The translations under genes were made by a program, and so were the position numbers. Below, piece after piece: positions 50,041 through 59,970 of a DNA stretch of 64,000 bases. How positions within the stretch are numbered: position 1 is the stretch's first letter; each line of letters begins with the position of its first letter. Below the pieces are notes generated by a model. It made no database searches. It was not told where the DNA came from and saw only the letters and a list, made by a program, of their open reading frames with translations. The DNA comes from an uncultured delta proteobacterium (GTDB lineage: Bacteria > Myxococcota > Myxococcia > Myxococcales > Myxococcaceae): contig CAVZMH010000016.1 of the NCBI GenBank assembly GCA_963776345.1, forward strand, positions 384,001-448,000, given 5' to 3'.

Positions 50041-51087
50041 CTAGCCGATCCACCCGCCGCCGAGCACCTCGTCGCCTCGATAGAACACCGCCGCCTGTCC
50101 GGGAGTGACCGCGCGGACCGGTTCCTCGGTGCGCACGGTGAGCCGGGCGCGATCGGCCTCCACCACCCGGGCCGGGGTGCCGGCGTGACGGTGGCGGATG
50201 CGGACCTGCACCCGCTCCTCCGACGAGGGCGTGCCCTGGATCCAGGAGGGCTGGAGGACGGTGAACTCCGAGCGCTCGAGCCCGCTCGCCGGGCCGACCA
50301 CCACCGCCCCGGCGCCGGCGTCGATGCGCTGGACATACAGGGGCTCGGCCGAGGCGACCCCCAGCCCGCGGCGCTGGCCCACGGTGAAGCGGTGGATACC
50401 GGCGTGCCGCGCCAGCACCTCGCCCCGGCCGTCCACCACGGTTCCGGCGGGCTGCGGACCGGCCACCCGCTCGACGAAGCCGGCGTAGTCGCCGTCCGGG
50501 ACGAAGCAGATCTCCATGCTCTCCGGCTTCTCGCTGGTGGGGAGGCCGTGGCGCTGGGCGAGGGCGCGGACCTCGGGCTTGGTGAGGCCGCCGACGGGGA
50601 ACTCGATCTGCGCGAGCGCCTCCTGGCCGAGGGTGAAGAGGAAGTAGCTCTGGTCCTTGGAGGCGTCGGCGGCGCGGAGCAGGCGGTGCCTGCCGTCGGT
50701 CCGCTCGATGCGGGCGTAATGGCCGGTGGCGAGCCGGGCCCCGAGCGCGCGCGCCTTCGCGAGGAGGAAGTCGAACTTCACGTCCCGGTTGCAGGCCACG
50801 CAGGGCACCGGCGTCTTCCCGTCGAGGTACGACTGGACGAACGGCTGGACCACGCGGTGCTTGAAGAGCTCCTCGGCGTCGGCGACGTAGAACGGGATGC
50901 CGAGCTTCGTGGCGACGGCGCGGGCGTCGTCGATGTCGTCCGGGCTGCAGCAGCTCCCGCACCGGGCGGCGCCCTCGTAGGACCAGACGCGCAGGGTGAT
51001 GCCCAGGACCTCGTGTCCCTGCTCGACCAGCAGCGCGGCGGCGGCCGACGAATCGACCCCGCCGCTCATGGCGACGACCACCCGCAT
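50041..51087 (-). CDS. mnmA: tRNA 2-thiouridylase
   Basis: AMSGGVDSS, PCVACN, ATGHY, KDQSYFL, TPGQAAVFY. Confidence 0.96.
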   Translation of the reverse strand: MRVVVAMSGGVDSSAAAALLVEQGHEVLGITLRVWSYEGAARCGSCCSPDDIDDARAVATKLGIPFYVADAEELFKHRVVQPFVQSYLDGKTPVPCVACNRDVKFDFLLAKARALGARLATGHYARIERTDGRHRLLRAADASKDQSYFLFTLGQEALAQIEFPVGGLTKPEVRALAQRHGLPTSEKPESMEICFVPDGDYAGFVERVAGPQPAGTVVDGRGEVLARHAGIHRFTVGQRRGLGVASAEPLYVQRIDAGAGAVVVGPASGLERSEFTVLQPSWIQGTPSSEERVQVRIRHRHAGTPARVVEADRARLTVRTEEPVRAVTPGQAAVFYRGDEVLGGGWIG

Positions 51088-51113
51088 GAGAGGCCCCTCT
51101 GGTAACACAGGGC

Positions 51114-52349
51114 TCACCGGCTCGGCGACCCGCGCTCGCGAAGCAGCGTCTCGAGCGCGTCGGGCGTGTTCAGCTCAGGTCGCTCGAGGACCGCGTCCAG
51201 GAGAAACCGTGTGGCGTCCCCCACCACTGGAGAGGGACCCACCCCCAGCGCCCGCATGATCGCTGCCCCGTCGAGCGCGAGGTCCTTCGCCGAGAGCGGG
51301 GGCCGCGCGGCGACGATCCTGTCGATCCGTTCGCCGAGCGTGCCGTCCGGATCGGCCCCGGTCGCGGCTGCCAGCGCGCGCGCCAGCTCCCACCGCTCGG
51401 GCCCCAGCCGCACCAGCCACCGCCGCAGCTCCCCATCCGTCCACGGCGAGGCCTCCGCCGGGAGGGGATGGGCGAGGAGCGCCCGCACCGTCTCCACCCC
51501 CTTGCCCGGCAGCCGGAGCCGGTCGAGCGCGCTCGCCGCCTCCGGCACCCCGACCAGGAGCGCGGCGAGACGCACCTCGAGCACCGGTGCGGAGCGGCCG
51601 ACCTGCGCGTTCCGCTCCGCATCGCCGCCTGCCACCAGCTCGGGCAGCAGCCGGTCCATCAGCCCGGTCCGGCGCAGCAGCTCGAGGCCCCGGACCGCCC
51701 CGGGCGCGAGGAGCAGCTTGAGGAACTCGTCCCGCCGCCGCTCCAGGGCGACCTTGTCGAACACCCCGAGCGCGCCGGGGATGGCGGCCTCGGTCTCGGG
51801 CTCCAGCTCGAAATCGAGCACCGTGGCGAACCGCACCGCGCGCAGCGGCCGCAGCCCGTCCTCGCCGAACCGCTCGGCCGCGACGCCGACGCAACGAACT
51901 CGACGCAGGTGCAAGTCTTGCTGCCCGCCGAACGGATCCCGGAACCGGCCACCCACCGGATCGAACGCCAGCGCGTTGATGGTGAAGTCCCGCCGCGCGA
52001 GATCCTCCACCAGGTCCCTCCGGAACTCGACCGCGCCCGGACGCCGCCCGTCGAGGTAGGCGCTCTCGACCCGGAAGGTGGTGACCTCCACGTGCCCCTC
52101 GGGGATGAGCACGGTCACGGTGCCGTGGGCGATGCCTGTCGGCACCACCCGCCGGAACAGCGCCGTCACCTCCTGAGGCAGCGCCTGGGTGGCGATGTCC
52201 CAGTCCTTCGGGTGCTGTCCCCGCAGCAGGTCACGCACTCCGCCGCCCACCAGCCAGGCCTCGTGCCCCGCCGTCTGCAGGCGCTCGAGCAGCGACCGCA
52301 CCCCCGCGGGGATGACCGCTTGCGCCAGGAGCTCGGGGAGGGGCTGCAT
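51114..52349 (-). CDS. cca: tRNA nucleotidyltransferase (CCA-adding, class II)
   Basis: VGGGVRD, DWD, TTFR.E..Y.DGRRP, EDLARRDFTINA, EDGLRPLRAVRF. Confidence 0.88.
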   Translation of the reverse strand: MQPLPELLAQAVIPAGVRSLLERLQTAGHEAWLVGGGVRDLLRGQHPKDWDIATQALPQEVTALFRRVVPTGIAHGTVTVLIPEGHVEVTTFRVESAYLDGRRPGAVEFRRDLVEDLARRDFTINALAFDPVGGRFRDPFGGQQDLHLRRVRCVGVAAERFGEDGLRPLRAVRFATVLDFELEPETEAAIPGALGVFDKVALERRRDEFLKLLLAPGAVRGLELLRRTGLMDRLLPELVAGGDAERNAQVGRSAPVLEVRLAALLVGVPEAASALDRLRLPGKGVETVRALLAHPLPAEASPWTDGELRRWLVRLGPERWELARALAAATGADPDGTLGERIDRIVAARPPLSAKDLALDGAAIMRALGVGPSPVVGDATRFLLDAVLERPELNTPDALETLLRERGSPSR

Positions 52350-52437
52350 CGGCCGACCAGCCTGCCACGCCCGGCGACCGCCGCGAATGTCGACCCCACC
52401 CGCGCCTGCCGCCCCGCCGCGTCCGGGGGCGAGCCGA

Positions 52438-53031
52438 TCAGCGCGAGCTGCCCTTGCTCCCGCCGGAGTCGACCACCTTGCCCGTCCCGTTCAGGCGGGC
52501 GATGAGGCCGTCCATCCCTTCCTTCTTGATGATCCGGTTGAAGCTGGCCCGGTAATTCTCCACCGTCGAGACGTCGTCCACGACGATGTCCACGATGCGC
52601 CAGCTCCCGCCCGCCTCCCGCATCCGGTAGTCGACCTTGGTGGGCTCGCCCTTCACCGTCACCTCGGTGGGCACCAGGGTGTCGTCGCCCTCCGGCTTCT
52701 CGGGGTAGTACTTCACCTCGGTGGACCGGTACTGATCGAGCTGCTCACCGGTGGCCTTGCGGAACCGGCCCACGAAGGCGTCGAGGAACTTCTTCCGCTT
52801 CGCCGACGGCGTCCCGTCCCAGGTCTTGCCGAGGGCGGACTTCGCCATCCCCTCGAGGTCCACCGCCTTGGTGACGATGCCCTCCAGCTTCTTGCGCGTC
52901 GCGGGCGTGGGCTCGGTGCCCTGCTTGGGGAGGGCCGCGCGGATCTCCGCGTCGCGCGCCTTCAGCGCCTCGGTGGCGGTCTCCGCCTGGGCGGTGGCGG
53001 CCAGCAACAAGGTCAGGGCGAGGGCACGCAC
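52438..53031 (-). CDS. mlaC: MlaC/Ttg2D-family periplasmic protein
   Basis: Signal peptide; VDY..WRIVDIVVDDVSTVENYRASF. Confidence 0.85.
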   Translation of the reverse strand: MRALALTLLLAATAQAETATEALKARDAEIRAALPKQGTEPTPATRKKLEGIVTKAVDLEGMAKSALGKTWDGTPSAKRKKFLDAFVGRFRKATGEQLDQYRSTEVKYYPEKPEGDDTLVPTEVTVKGEPTKVDYRMREAGGSWRIVDIVVDDVSTVENYRASFNRIIKKEGMDGLIARLNGTGKVVDSGGSKGSSR

Positions 53032-53210
53032 GGTGGCTTTCGGTCTCCGCGGTCGGGGGCTTCGGGGCGAGTGCCCGAGTCGTCCAGTCCGACGGGTGAG
53101 GAGCGTGAGAAATGCAACGGGTCGGGGACTGGAGCCGAGTTCTCCAGTATTCCGCGCCATTCAGCCGGTTGCACGGGTCAATCGACCCGGGGGGACGACT
53201 GCCGAGCGAG

Positions 53211-53417
53211 CTAGGGCTCGCCCTCGTCGCAATCCGAGCCGGGCTTCACGCAGGCGCAGCGGCAGTCCATGAACGTGAGCGCGGCGAGGACGCCGGCCAC
53301 GCCGAAGCAGACGCCGACCCACACGGTGTGTGAAGCGACGCCGCCGAGGACGCCCGCGACACCGCCCGAACCAAGGACCTGCAGGAGCTTGAGCACGACT
53401 CCCGTCGGATGGAGCAT
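53211..53417 (-). CDS. Small membrane protein with Cys-rich tail
   Basis: 68 aa, Gly-rich hydrophobic hairpin, DCRCAC..DCD; GGAGG upstream. Confidence 0.5.
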   Translation of the reverse strand: MLHPTGVVLKLLQVLGSGGVAGVLGGVASHTVWVGVCFGVAGVLAALTFMDCRCACVKPGSDCDEGEP

Positions 53418-53740
53418 CCGTCCGGCCTCCGGCCTTTGAGCTGCCCGTGCAGCCACGTCGTTCCTCCCCGTCCTTCCGGACCCAGGATCGGGTCCCAACC
53501 CGGGGTTCCGGCGGATGTTATGCCCACCCGGAAACCGGGGCCAACCGCACAGCTCCCGACACGAGCCCTACATGCGAATCACGTGCCGCAACAGCATGCC
53601 ACAAGCCTTCAGCTGAACCATCCCGGCGGTCACGAACCGGACCAGGTTCCGGCCGCTTGGACGCTCTCAAAACGAGCAAGAACTCGCACGCTGCGTCATC
53701 TCTCGCCCGCCAGGTGCCACCCGCGCTTCGCGCTCGGGCT

Positions 53741-54160
53741 TCAGTAGCCCTGGATGTACGACTGCATCTGCTCGATCAGGTACTGCTTGTCCGAGAGCAT
53801 CATCTGCATCACGTCCCGCATGGAGATGAGCCCGCTGGCGGCGCCCTCCTCGCCCACCAGGAGGTGCCGGGTCTCGTGCTCCTTCATCAGCGAGGCGCAC
53901 TCCACCTCGTTCAGGTCCGGGCCCACCACCGGGACGTCACGCCGCATCGCCTCGAGGATGGGCGTCTGGCAATCGAGCCCCCGCGAGAGGAGGCGGGTCA
54001 CGAGATCCCGCTCGGTGATGAGGCCCACGATGCGGCCGTCCTGCGTCACCGCGACCGCGCCGATGTGTCGCCTCGACATCAGCTCGGCTGCCTCACGGCA
54101 GGTGGCGTTCGCCTCGAGCCCGAGCACGTCACGGACCACGTAGCTGGAGATGCTGGCCAT
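53741..54160 (-). CDS. CBS-domain pair protein
   Basis: IGAVAV..IVGLITERDL and GLISMRD; GGAGG RBS. Confidence 0.9.
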   Translation of the reverse strand: MASISSYVVRDVLGLEANATCREAAELMSRRHIGAVAVTQDGRIVGLITERDLVTRLLSRGLDCQTPILEAMRRDVPVVGPDLNEVECASLMKEHETRHLLVGEEGAASGLISMRDVMQMMLSDKQYLIEQMQSYIQGY

Positions 54161-54275
54161 GGGGTCCCTCCTGTCCTTCTCCTGATTTCTACGCCCTTCC
54201 GGGTCCTCGTGCACGCCCGGGCCGGACGATAAAGGTCGATGGACGGCAGGGGAGCCGTGCCAGCCTGGGAGGGAC

Positions 54276-55943
54276 ATGGTCATCCACGGAGCGGTGCTGG
54301 TCGCGGTGACGCTGGCAGCGGGCACGCCGGACGCCCAGGAGACGCTGGGCCACGACTTCTGGCAGTGGCGGGCCGAGACGCAGCCCGCGAGCGCCGACGA
54401 CATCCCCCGGCTGGCCCGGCCGCCGGGGTGGACGCCGGACTGGTCGGCCGGGAGCATCGCCCGGCGGCGGACGACCCTGGCCAACCTCGAGAAGCGCTGG
54501 CGCGCCCTGCCCGTCGGGACCGACGTGCCGGACGAGGTGGACCGGCGGCTCCTCGGCTCGGCGCTGGCCCGCGTCCGCTGGGAGCTCGACGTCGTGGCCG
54601 GCTGGCGGCGGAACCCGGCCTTCTACGTGGAGCAGGCGCTGGGGAGCCCGTTCGAGCTGCTGGTCATCCCCCCGCCGTTCGACGACCAGCGGAGCCGGGA
54701 CGTGGTGCGCCGGCTCGAGGCCGTCCCGGCGATCCTGGACCAGGCCCGGGCGAACCTGGACCAGATCCGCGGTCCGTTCCTCCGCGTCGCGCTCGATGCG
54801 TTGAAGGACGTGCGGCCGCGACTGTCACGCATGGCGCAGGCGCTGGAGCCCGTGCTGGTCGGCGATGCGACGACGGCGATCGGCCCGGCGGCGGACAGGG
54901 CGTCCACCGCCCTGGAGGCATTCCAGGGGTGGCTGGAGGCGCGGGCGAAGGGGCTCCCGGAGAAGACGGCGGTGGGCCGCGAGGCGTACCTCTTCTTCCT
55001 CCGCGAGGTGGCCCTGGTCCCCTTCACCCCCGAGCAGCTGGTCGCGTCCGGGCGCCAGGAGCTGGACCGCGCGCTGAGCTTCGAGGCTCTGGCGCTGAAC
55101 CGGAGCCGATCCACCCCTCCCCTGCCCCTGCTCCCGAGCGCGACCGCGGTGGTCGAGCGCGAACGAGCGGACGAGGAGAAGGTCCGGAAGTTCTACCTGG
55201 ACCAGCACCTCCTCACCCTTCCGGCCTGGCTCGGGCACTACCGGTTCCGGCCGGTGCCGGAGTACCTCGCCCCGCTCGCCGAGGTGGGCGTCCTCGACGA
55301 CCTGACTGGCCCGGGGCGGCTGGACCAGGACGGGAGCGCGTACGTGGACACGCCCTCGGACCACATGGGCTACTTCCGGAGCGCGGCGGCGAAGGATCCG
55401 CGCCTCCAGATCATGCACGAGGGCGCCCACTACCTCCAGACCGCGCTCTCCTCGGCGAATCCGCGGCCGATCCGGCGTCACTACTACGACTCGGGACCGC
55501 CCGAGGGCCTCGCCTTCTACGACGAGGAGATGCTGCTCCAGGCCGGACTCTTCGACGAGAGCCCCCGGAGCCGGGACATCGTCTACAACATGATGCGGCT
55601 CCGGGCGCTGCGGGTGGAGGTCGACGTGAAGCTCGCGCTCGGCCAGTTCTCGCTGGACCAGGCGGCGGACTACCTCGCGACCACCGTGCCGATGGACCGC
55701 GCCACGGCCCGTGGCGAGGCGGCGTCGTTCGCCAGCGCGCCAGGCCAGGCCATCACCTACCAGACGGGGAAGCTGCAGATCCTCCGGCTCATCGCCGACG
55801 CCCGGCTCCGGCAGGGTGAGAAGTTCCGGATCCGCGACGTGCACGACTTCCTCTTCGTCAACGGGAACGTGCCGCTGTCGCTTCAGCGGTGGGAGTACCT
55901 TGGCCTGCGGGACGAGGTGGACGCGCTCGCGCGGCTGAAGTGA
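54276..55943 (+). CDS. DUF885-family exported protein
   Basis: HEG.HYLQ, EGLAFY.E, PGQAITYQTG. Confidence 0.82.
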   Translation: MVIHGAVLVAVTLAAGTPDAQETLGHDFWQWRAETQPASADDIPRLARPPGWTPDWSAGSIARRRTTLANLEKRWRALPVGTDVPDEVDRRLLGSALARVRWELDVVAGWRRNPAFYVEQALGSPFELLVIPPPFDDQRSRDVVRRLEAVPAILDQARANLDQIRGPFLRVALDALKDVRPRLSRMAQALEPVLVGDATTAIGPAADRASTALEAFQGWLEARAKGLPEKTAVGREAYLFFLREVALVPFTPEQLVASGRQELDRALSFEALALNRSRSTPPLPLLPSATAVVERERADEEKVRKFYLDQHLLTLPAWLGHYRFRPVPEYLAPLAEVGVLDDLTGPGRLDQDGSAYVDTPSDHMGYFRSAAAKDPRLQIMHEGAHYLQTALSSANPRPIRRHYYDSGPPEGLAFYDEEMLLQAGLFDESPRSRDIVYNMMRLRALRVEVDVKLALGQFSLDQAADYLATTVPMDRATARGEAASFASAPGQAITYQTGKLQILRLIADARLRQGEKFRIRDVHDFLFVNGNVPLSLQRWEYLGLRDEVDALARLK

Positions 55944-56002
55944 GGCGGGGCGTCGGGGATGACCCGCGCGGCAGGAGATGACCCGGAGGACTCCGCGCGC
56001 GC

Positions 56003-56251
56003 TCAGCGCCAGCGCATGACCAGCGTCCGGCGCCCGTCGTGCTCAACGACGAGCTCCCAGCTCGCCCGCGGATGGGCCGCCGGGGGGCGCGCGCGGACCG
56101 GCGCCGGGGCGAGGCGAACCATCTCCACGGAACGGCGCGGGGCGCGGGGACGCAGCTCGAGGAGCGCCAGCGCCGCGACGAGACAGGCCGCCGCGAGGAC
56201 CGGGCCCGGCCCGGCCTCTGCGACGATGAGCGCGGGCACGGCGAGCAGCAC
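56003..56251 (-). CDS. Small hypothetical membrane protein (start uncertain)
   Basis: Hydrophobic segments; AAGGAG and an AT-rich promoter-like region upstream. Confidence 0.4.
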   Translation of the reverse strand: MLLAVPALIVAEAGPGPVLAAACLVAALALLELRPRAPRRSVEMVRLAPAPVRARPPAAHPRASWELVVEHDGRRTLVMRWR

Positions 56252-56551
56252 GGAGGAGAGCGTGACGCCACGGGTCCGGGCCTCGGAGGCGTTCGACCTG
56301 AAGGTGGACAGCAGCAGGCAGCTCCTTTTCGTGTGACCGTTGTGTGACGACCACGTGCCTCAGACGTTGCATTCATTGAACCACGAGTTGAGTCCAAGTC
56401 AAAACAAGGACTTACTGTAGGCCAATGTGTCATTCTTGTGGCGTCCGGAGCGACATCCCGCTGCACATCTCCGGCAGCAGGCCCGGGCATGACACGGTCC
56501 CTGGCGGTTCCGTTTGCACGCCCCCCGCAGCGCTGGCACGAAGCGAGACCG

Positions 56552-57796
56552 GTGGACACGCGTCCGATCGACGTCTTGCTGTACGGAGCCGGCGGCTTCA
56601 CCGGCCGGCAGACGGTGGCCGAGCTCGCGCGGCACGCTCCGCCCGGCCTTCGCTGGGCACTCGCGGGGCGCCACCGCGCGAAGCTCGAGGCCGCGCGCGA
56701 CGCGGCGGACGGGCCCGGGCGTCCGGCGGAGATCCTCGAGGCGGACAGCGCGAGGCCGGACACGGTCGACGCAGCGGTCTCGCGCGCGCGGGTGGTGGTG
56801 AGCACCGCGGGCCCGTTCGCGGTGTACGGGAACGCGGTGGTGGACGCCTGCGTCCGGCACCGGGCGCACTACGTGGACATCACGGGGGAGACGCCCTGGG
56901 TGGCCGACCTCATCGAGCGGCACCACGTGCAGGCGGCCGCGGACGGCACGCGCATCATCCCCTTCTGCGGCTTCGACTCGGTGCCGAGCGACCTCGGCGC
57001 GCTGATGGTCGTGGAGCATCTCCGGAGCCGCGGGACGGCATGCACGGAGGTCGTCGCGGCGTTCCGCTTCCGGGGCGGGCTCAACGGCGGGACCGCAGCG
57101 ACGGCGGTGCAGCTCTTCGAGAGCGGGCAGGCCCGCCGGTCCGGGCACCCGTTCCTCCTGAACGGCCCCGGGCGCGAGCGGCTGTCCCGCGAGGTCTTCC
57201 TCCGGGAGCGGGACCCGAAGGGCGTGCGCTGGAACCCCGAGCTGCGCCGGTGGCTCACGCCGTTCGTGATGGCGATGGTCAACACGCGGGTGGTGCGCCG
57301 GAGCGCGGCGCTCGCCGCAGAGGCCGGGACCCCGTACGGGGCGCAGTTCTCCTACCGGGAATTCATGGCCGCCCGGACCCGGATGCAGGCCACGGTGATC
57401 GCGGTCGGGCTGGCCGGGGCGCAGCTCGCGCTCGCCTCACCGCTGCGGCCGGTGCTCAAGCGGATGCTGCCGGCGCCCGGGACCGGGCCGTCGGAGGAGG
57501 TGCGCCGGAGCGGCTGGTTCCGGGTGGACCTGGTGGCGATGGGCGAGGATGGACGCCGGGCGTTCGGGCTGGTGAAGGACCAGGGCGACCCCGGGAACGC
57601 GGTGACGGTGAAGTGCCTCTGCGAGTCAGCGCTGGCGCTGGCCGTCGACGGCGCGAAGCTCCCGGGTGGGCCGGCGCGAGGGGGAGTCCTCACGCCGGCC
57701 ACCGGTCTGGGTCAGGTGCTCGTCGACCGGCTCCGGACGCGGGGGATGGTGCTCCAGGCGGCGGACGTGCCGATCGACGGATCCGCGTCGGGTTGA
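56552..57796 (+). CDS. Saccharopine dehydrogenase-like oxidoreductase
   Basis: YGAGGFTG, AGPF, YVDITGE, GFDSVPSDLG, GGVLTPA. Confidence 0.9.
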   Translation: MDTRPIDVLLYGAGGFTGRQTVAELARHAPPGLRWALAGRHRAKLEAARDAADGPGRPAEILEADSARPDTVDAAVSRARVVVSTAGPFAVYGNAVVDACVRHRAHYVDITGETPWVADLIERHHVQAAADGTRIIPFCGFDSVPSDLGALMVVEHLRSRGTACTEVVAAFRFRGGLNGGTAATAVQLFESGQARRSGHPFLLNGPGRERLSREVFLRERDPKGVRWNPELRRWLTPFVMAMVNTRVVRRSAALAAEAGTPYGAQFSYREFMAARTRMQATVIAVGLAGAQLALASPLRPVLKRMLPAPGTGPSEEVRRSGWFRVDLVAMGEDGRRAFGLVKDQGDPGNAVTVKCLCESALALAVDGAKLPGGPARGGVLTPATGLGQVLVDRLRTRGMVLQAADVPIDGSASG

Positions 57797-57800
57797 AGCG

Positions 57801-58076
57801 CTACTGGCAGAAGCTCTTGCCCCCGAGGGATCCCGAGCAGGTCTGCCCGGTCGGGCAATCCGTGTTGGTCTTGCAGACCTTCGCGCAGCGGATGTGACCG
57901 AGGCAGAGGTAACCCTTCGGGCACGGGTCCTCGGCGTCGCAGACGATGTGGGCGGCCGGCTGGTGCGAGGCGAGGTCGACGGCGGGGGTCGACGGCTCGT
58001 CCATCGAGCCTCCACCGCATCCGAGTCCGAGCACCACGAACGCGAGAACTCCAACACCGCGCAGCAGACGCTTCAT
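57801..58076 (-). CDS. Small Cys-rich lipoprotein
   Basis: Lipobox LGLGC; two C-x5-CPxGxxC...C units. Confidence 0.7.
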   Translation of the reverse strand: MKRLLRGVGVLAFVVLGLGCGGGSMDEPSTPAVDLASHQPAAHIVCDAEDPCPKGYLCLGHIRCAKVCKTNTDCPTGQTCSGSLGGKSFCQ

Positions 58077-58254
58077 CGGGAAACCCTCCTCAGGACACCA
58101 CCGGATGGATGGCGTCGGCGGATGAGGCCCGAGCGCGGGACGGCGAACAAGCGAGCTGATCTGGACATGCAATCTCGTGGCAGGTCTCCCGCCGCATGGA
58201 GCTAGGCTCGCCCACCACGTGGCTCGAGGAGGCTTGGCCCGCGGGAGTACCGAG

Positions 58255-58753
58255 ATGAGACTCCAGCTCGCCGTGGGGCTGGCTCTGGTCGTCGTGGCAC
58301 CTGCGGCCCACGCCCAGGCCCTCGAGAAGCCCTGCTCGGTCTTGAAGACCGCCGAGGCGGGTGGGGGTGGTCGGGCGGAAGGTGACCATGCCGCCGTGCG
58401 ACACCGAGGCGCTCGGGAGGTCGAACGAAGTCGGCTGCGCCTGGATGACCGACTCGGGGAAGGTGATGGTGACGATGAACCTCAGCCGGGTGCTTCCGGG
58501 CGCGCGCTTGACGACCAGCCAGCTCGCGCCCGGCTACAAGCAGCTGGGGTTCAAGGTCGAGGTGACTGACGAGACCTCCGCGATCTGGTGCGCGATCATC
58601 GAGCCGCCCCAGGGGCAGCCCCTGCCCCGTCACGCCGAGTGCCAGACCATGACCAAGGGCTTCTCGGTGCGGCTTGACGTCTTCGGGCCGATGGTCACAC
58701 CGGCGCAGGTGAAGCCGCTGCGGGAGACGGTCGTCTCCCGGCTGCCGTCCTGA
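58255..58753 (+). CDS. Secreted hypothetical protein, frameshifted near 58360
   Basis: Signal peptide MRLQLAV...AHA in one frame; Cys-containing body continues in another frame after a G-rich run. Confidence 0.55.
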
Positions 58754-58847
58754 GCCGCGAACGAGCTCCCGGTCCACTCCTCGCTCCGCGGGTCCCTGTC
58801 CGCTCGCTCCGCGCCACGCGCGTTCTGTAGTAGTGAGAGCCGGTGAC

Positions 58848-58921
58848 GGCCCCGTAGCTCAGTTGGATAGAGCGAGCGTTTCCTAAACGCTAGGTCACAG
58901 GTTCGATCCCTGTCGGGGTCA
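58848..58921 (+). tRNA. tRNA-Arg (anticodon CCT); CCA not encoded
   Basis: Acceptor GGCCCCG/CGGGGTC, D-arm GCTCAGTTGGATAGAGC, anticodon arm AGCGT-TTCCTAA-ACGCT, T-loop GGTTCGATCC. Confidence 0.97.
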
Positions 58922-59009
58922 CATCGCGGAAGGGCCCGCCATCGCATTCTCGCAGCAGCTCGGCGTGGATCGGAGGGACGAAGGCGCTCCGACAGGCCGG
59001 CCGTTCACG

Positions 59010-59552
59010 TCAGGAGAGGGCACCGGCGGTGGCGGGTCCAGCCGAGCGATCGGCCCTCTCGCGACGCGACCCTCGCCAGTGCTGGAGCAGGGCGTCGACC
59101 GACCAGGGCCCCGGTCCGCTGACGAGCAGAAAGGCGCAGGACATGAGTTGCGCGTAGTCGGAACGGCTCTCGTGCAGCACCGCCCACCAGCCCACGACGG
59201 GGGGGGCGGCCGGTTTGGGCAAAGGCGACGTCCCGAAATAGAGCCCGATCTTCGTCGAAAGGACGGCCACCACCATCTCGACGATGAAGGGCACGCTGAT
59301 CAGACGCGTTCCCAGACCACTCATCAGCAGAAGCCCACCGCCAACTTCCAGGAGAGCGATGGCAGGCGCGAGCACCCCCGGCATCGGCATCCCCAGCTTC
59401 GTGAACCGGCCCACGCCCTGGTTCACGTATGCGAACTTGAGCAGGCCCTCGGAGAGAAACACCCCGCCGGCCATCAGCCGAATGACAAGCGTGGACCTCG
59501 GCCCGGAGGTCGGAGGCTGCGTGAAGAGGCGGACGACGTCTTTGAAACGCAT
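59010..59552 (-). CDS. DoxX-family membrane protein
   Basis: IRLMAGGVFLSEGLLKF, EVGGGLLL..GLGTR, GPGPWSVD. Confidence 0.87.
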   Translation of the reverse strand: MRFKDVVRLFTQPPTSGPRSTLVIRLMAGGVFLSEGLLKFAYVNQGVGRFTKLGMPMPGVLAPAIALLEVGGGLLLMSGLGTRLISVPFIVEMVVAVLSTKIGLYFGTSPLPKPAAPPVVGWWAVLHESRSDYAQLMSCAFLLVSGPGPWSVDALLQHWRGSRRERADRSAGPATAGALS

Positions 59553-59724
59553 CGTGTGATCTCCTGAGGGCCCGATTGGGAGCCGGTACGGAACAGATTC
59601 GACCGGGGCGCCATCTATTCCCTGACCCTGGACGAGCGACCGCGGAGACCCTGCACGACCCAGGAAACGAGCCACGCCGCCGAGGAGGCGGCAATCGCCG
59701 CCCCAGGAGACGTAGGATGCCGCC

Positions 59725-59949
59725 ATGAAGCTCGCGCTGTCGGACCTTCACGCCGGTCACTGGCTCAAGTGCGTTCAGGCTTTCAGCGCGCACCCGGAGG
59801 GCGCCCCGACGGAATCGGTCCGGGTGTCGGTGGGGTCGCTCTGGCGGGTCTCTGCGGTGGAGGCCGAGAGCGTTCTCCTCGACGCCCAGAGCAGCCCTCA
59901 GACCATCAGGGTCCACAGGGACAGACTGGACCACCTGGTCCAGCACTAG
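59725..59949 (+). CDS. Small hypothetical protein
   Basis: 74-aa ORF with AGGAG upstream; no recognised motif. Confidence 0.4.
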   Translation: MKLALSDLHAGHWLKCVQAFSAHPEGAPTESVRVSVGSLWRVSAVEAESVLLDAQSSPQTIRVHRDRLDHLVQH

Positions 59950-59970
59950 TCCTGCTGATCATCGCCCCCG

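Noticed and set aside
51114..52349. Split CC-adding enzyme or poly(A) polymerase
   Set aside because: The flexible loop (R.E..Y.DGRRP) appears intact, as in Bacillus-type CCA enzymes; activity not provable from sequence.
54246..54263. TGGCAC upstream of the CBS gene as a sigma54 promoter
   Set aside because: GG-to-GC spacing is 12 rather than 10 nt.
58848..59950. Integrated element at tRNA-Arg
   Set aside because: No integrase, transposase or duplicated tRNA 3' end seen in the window.
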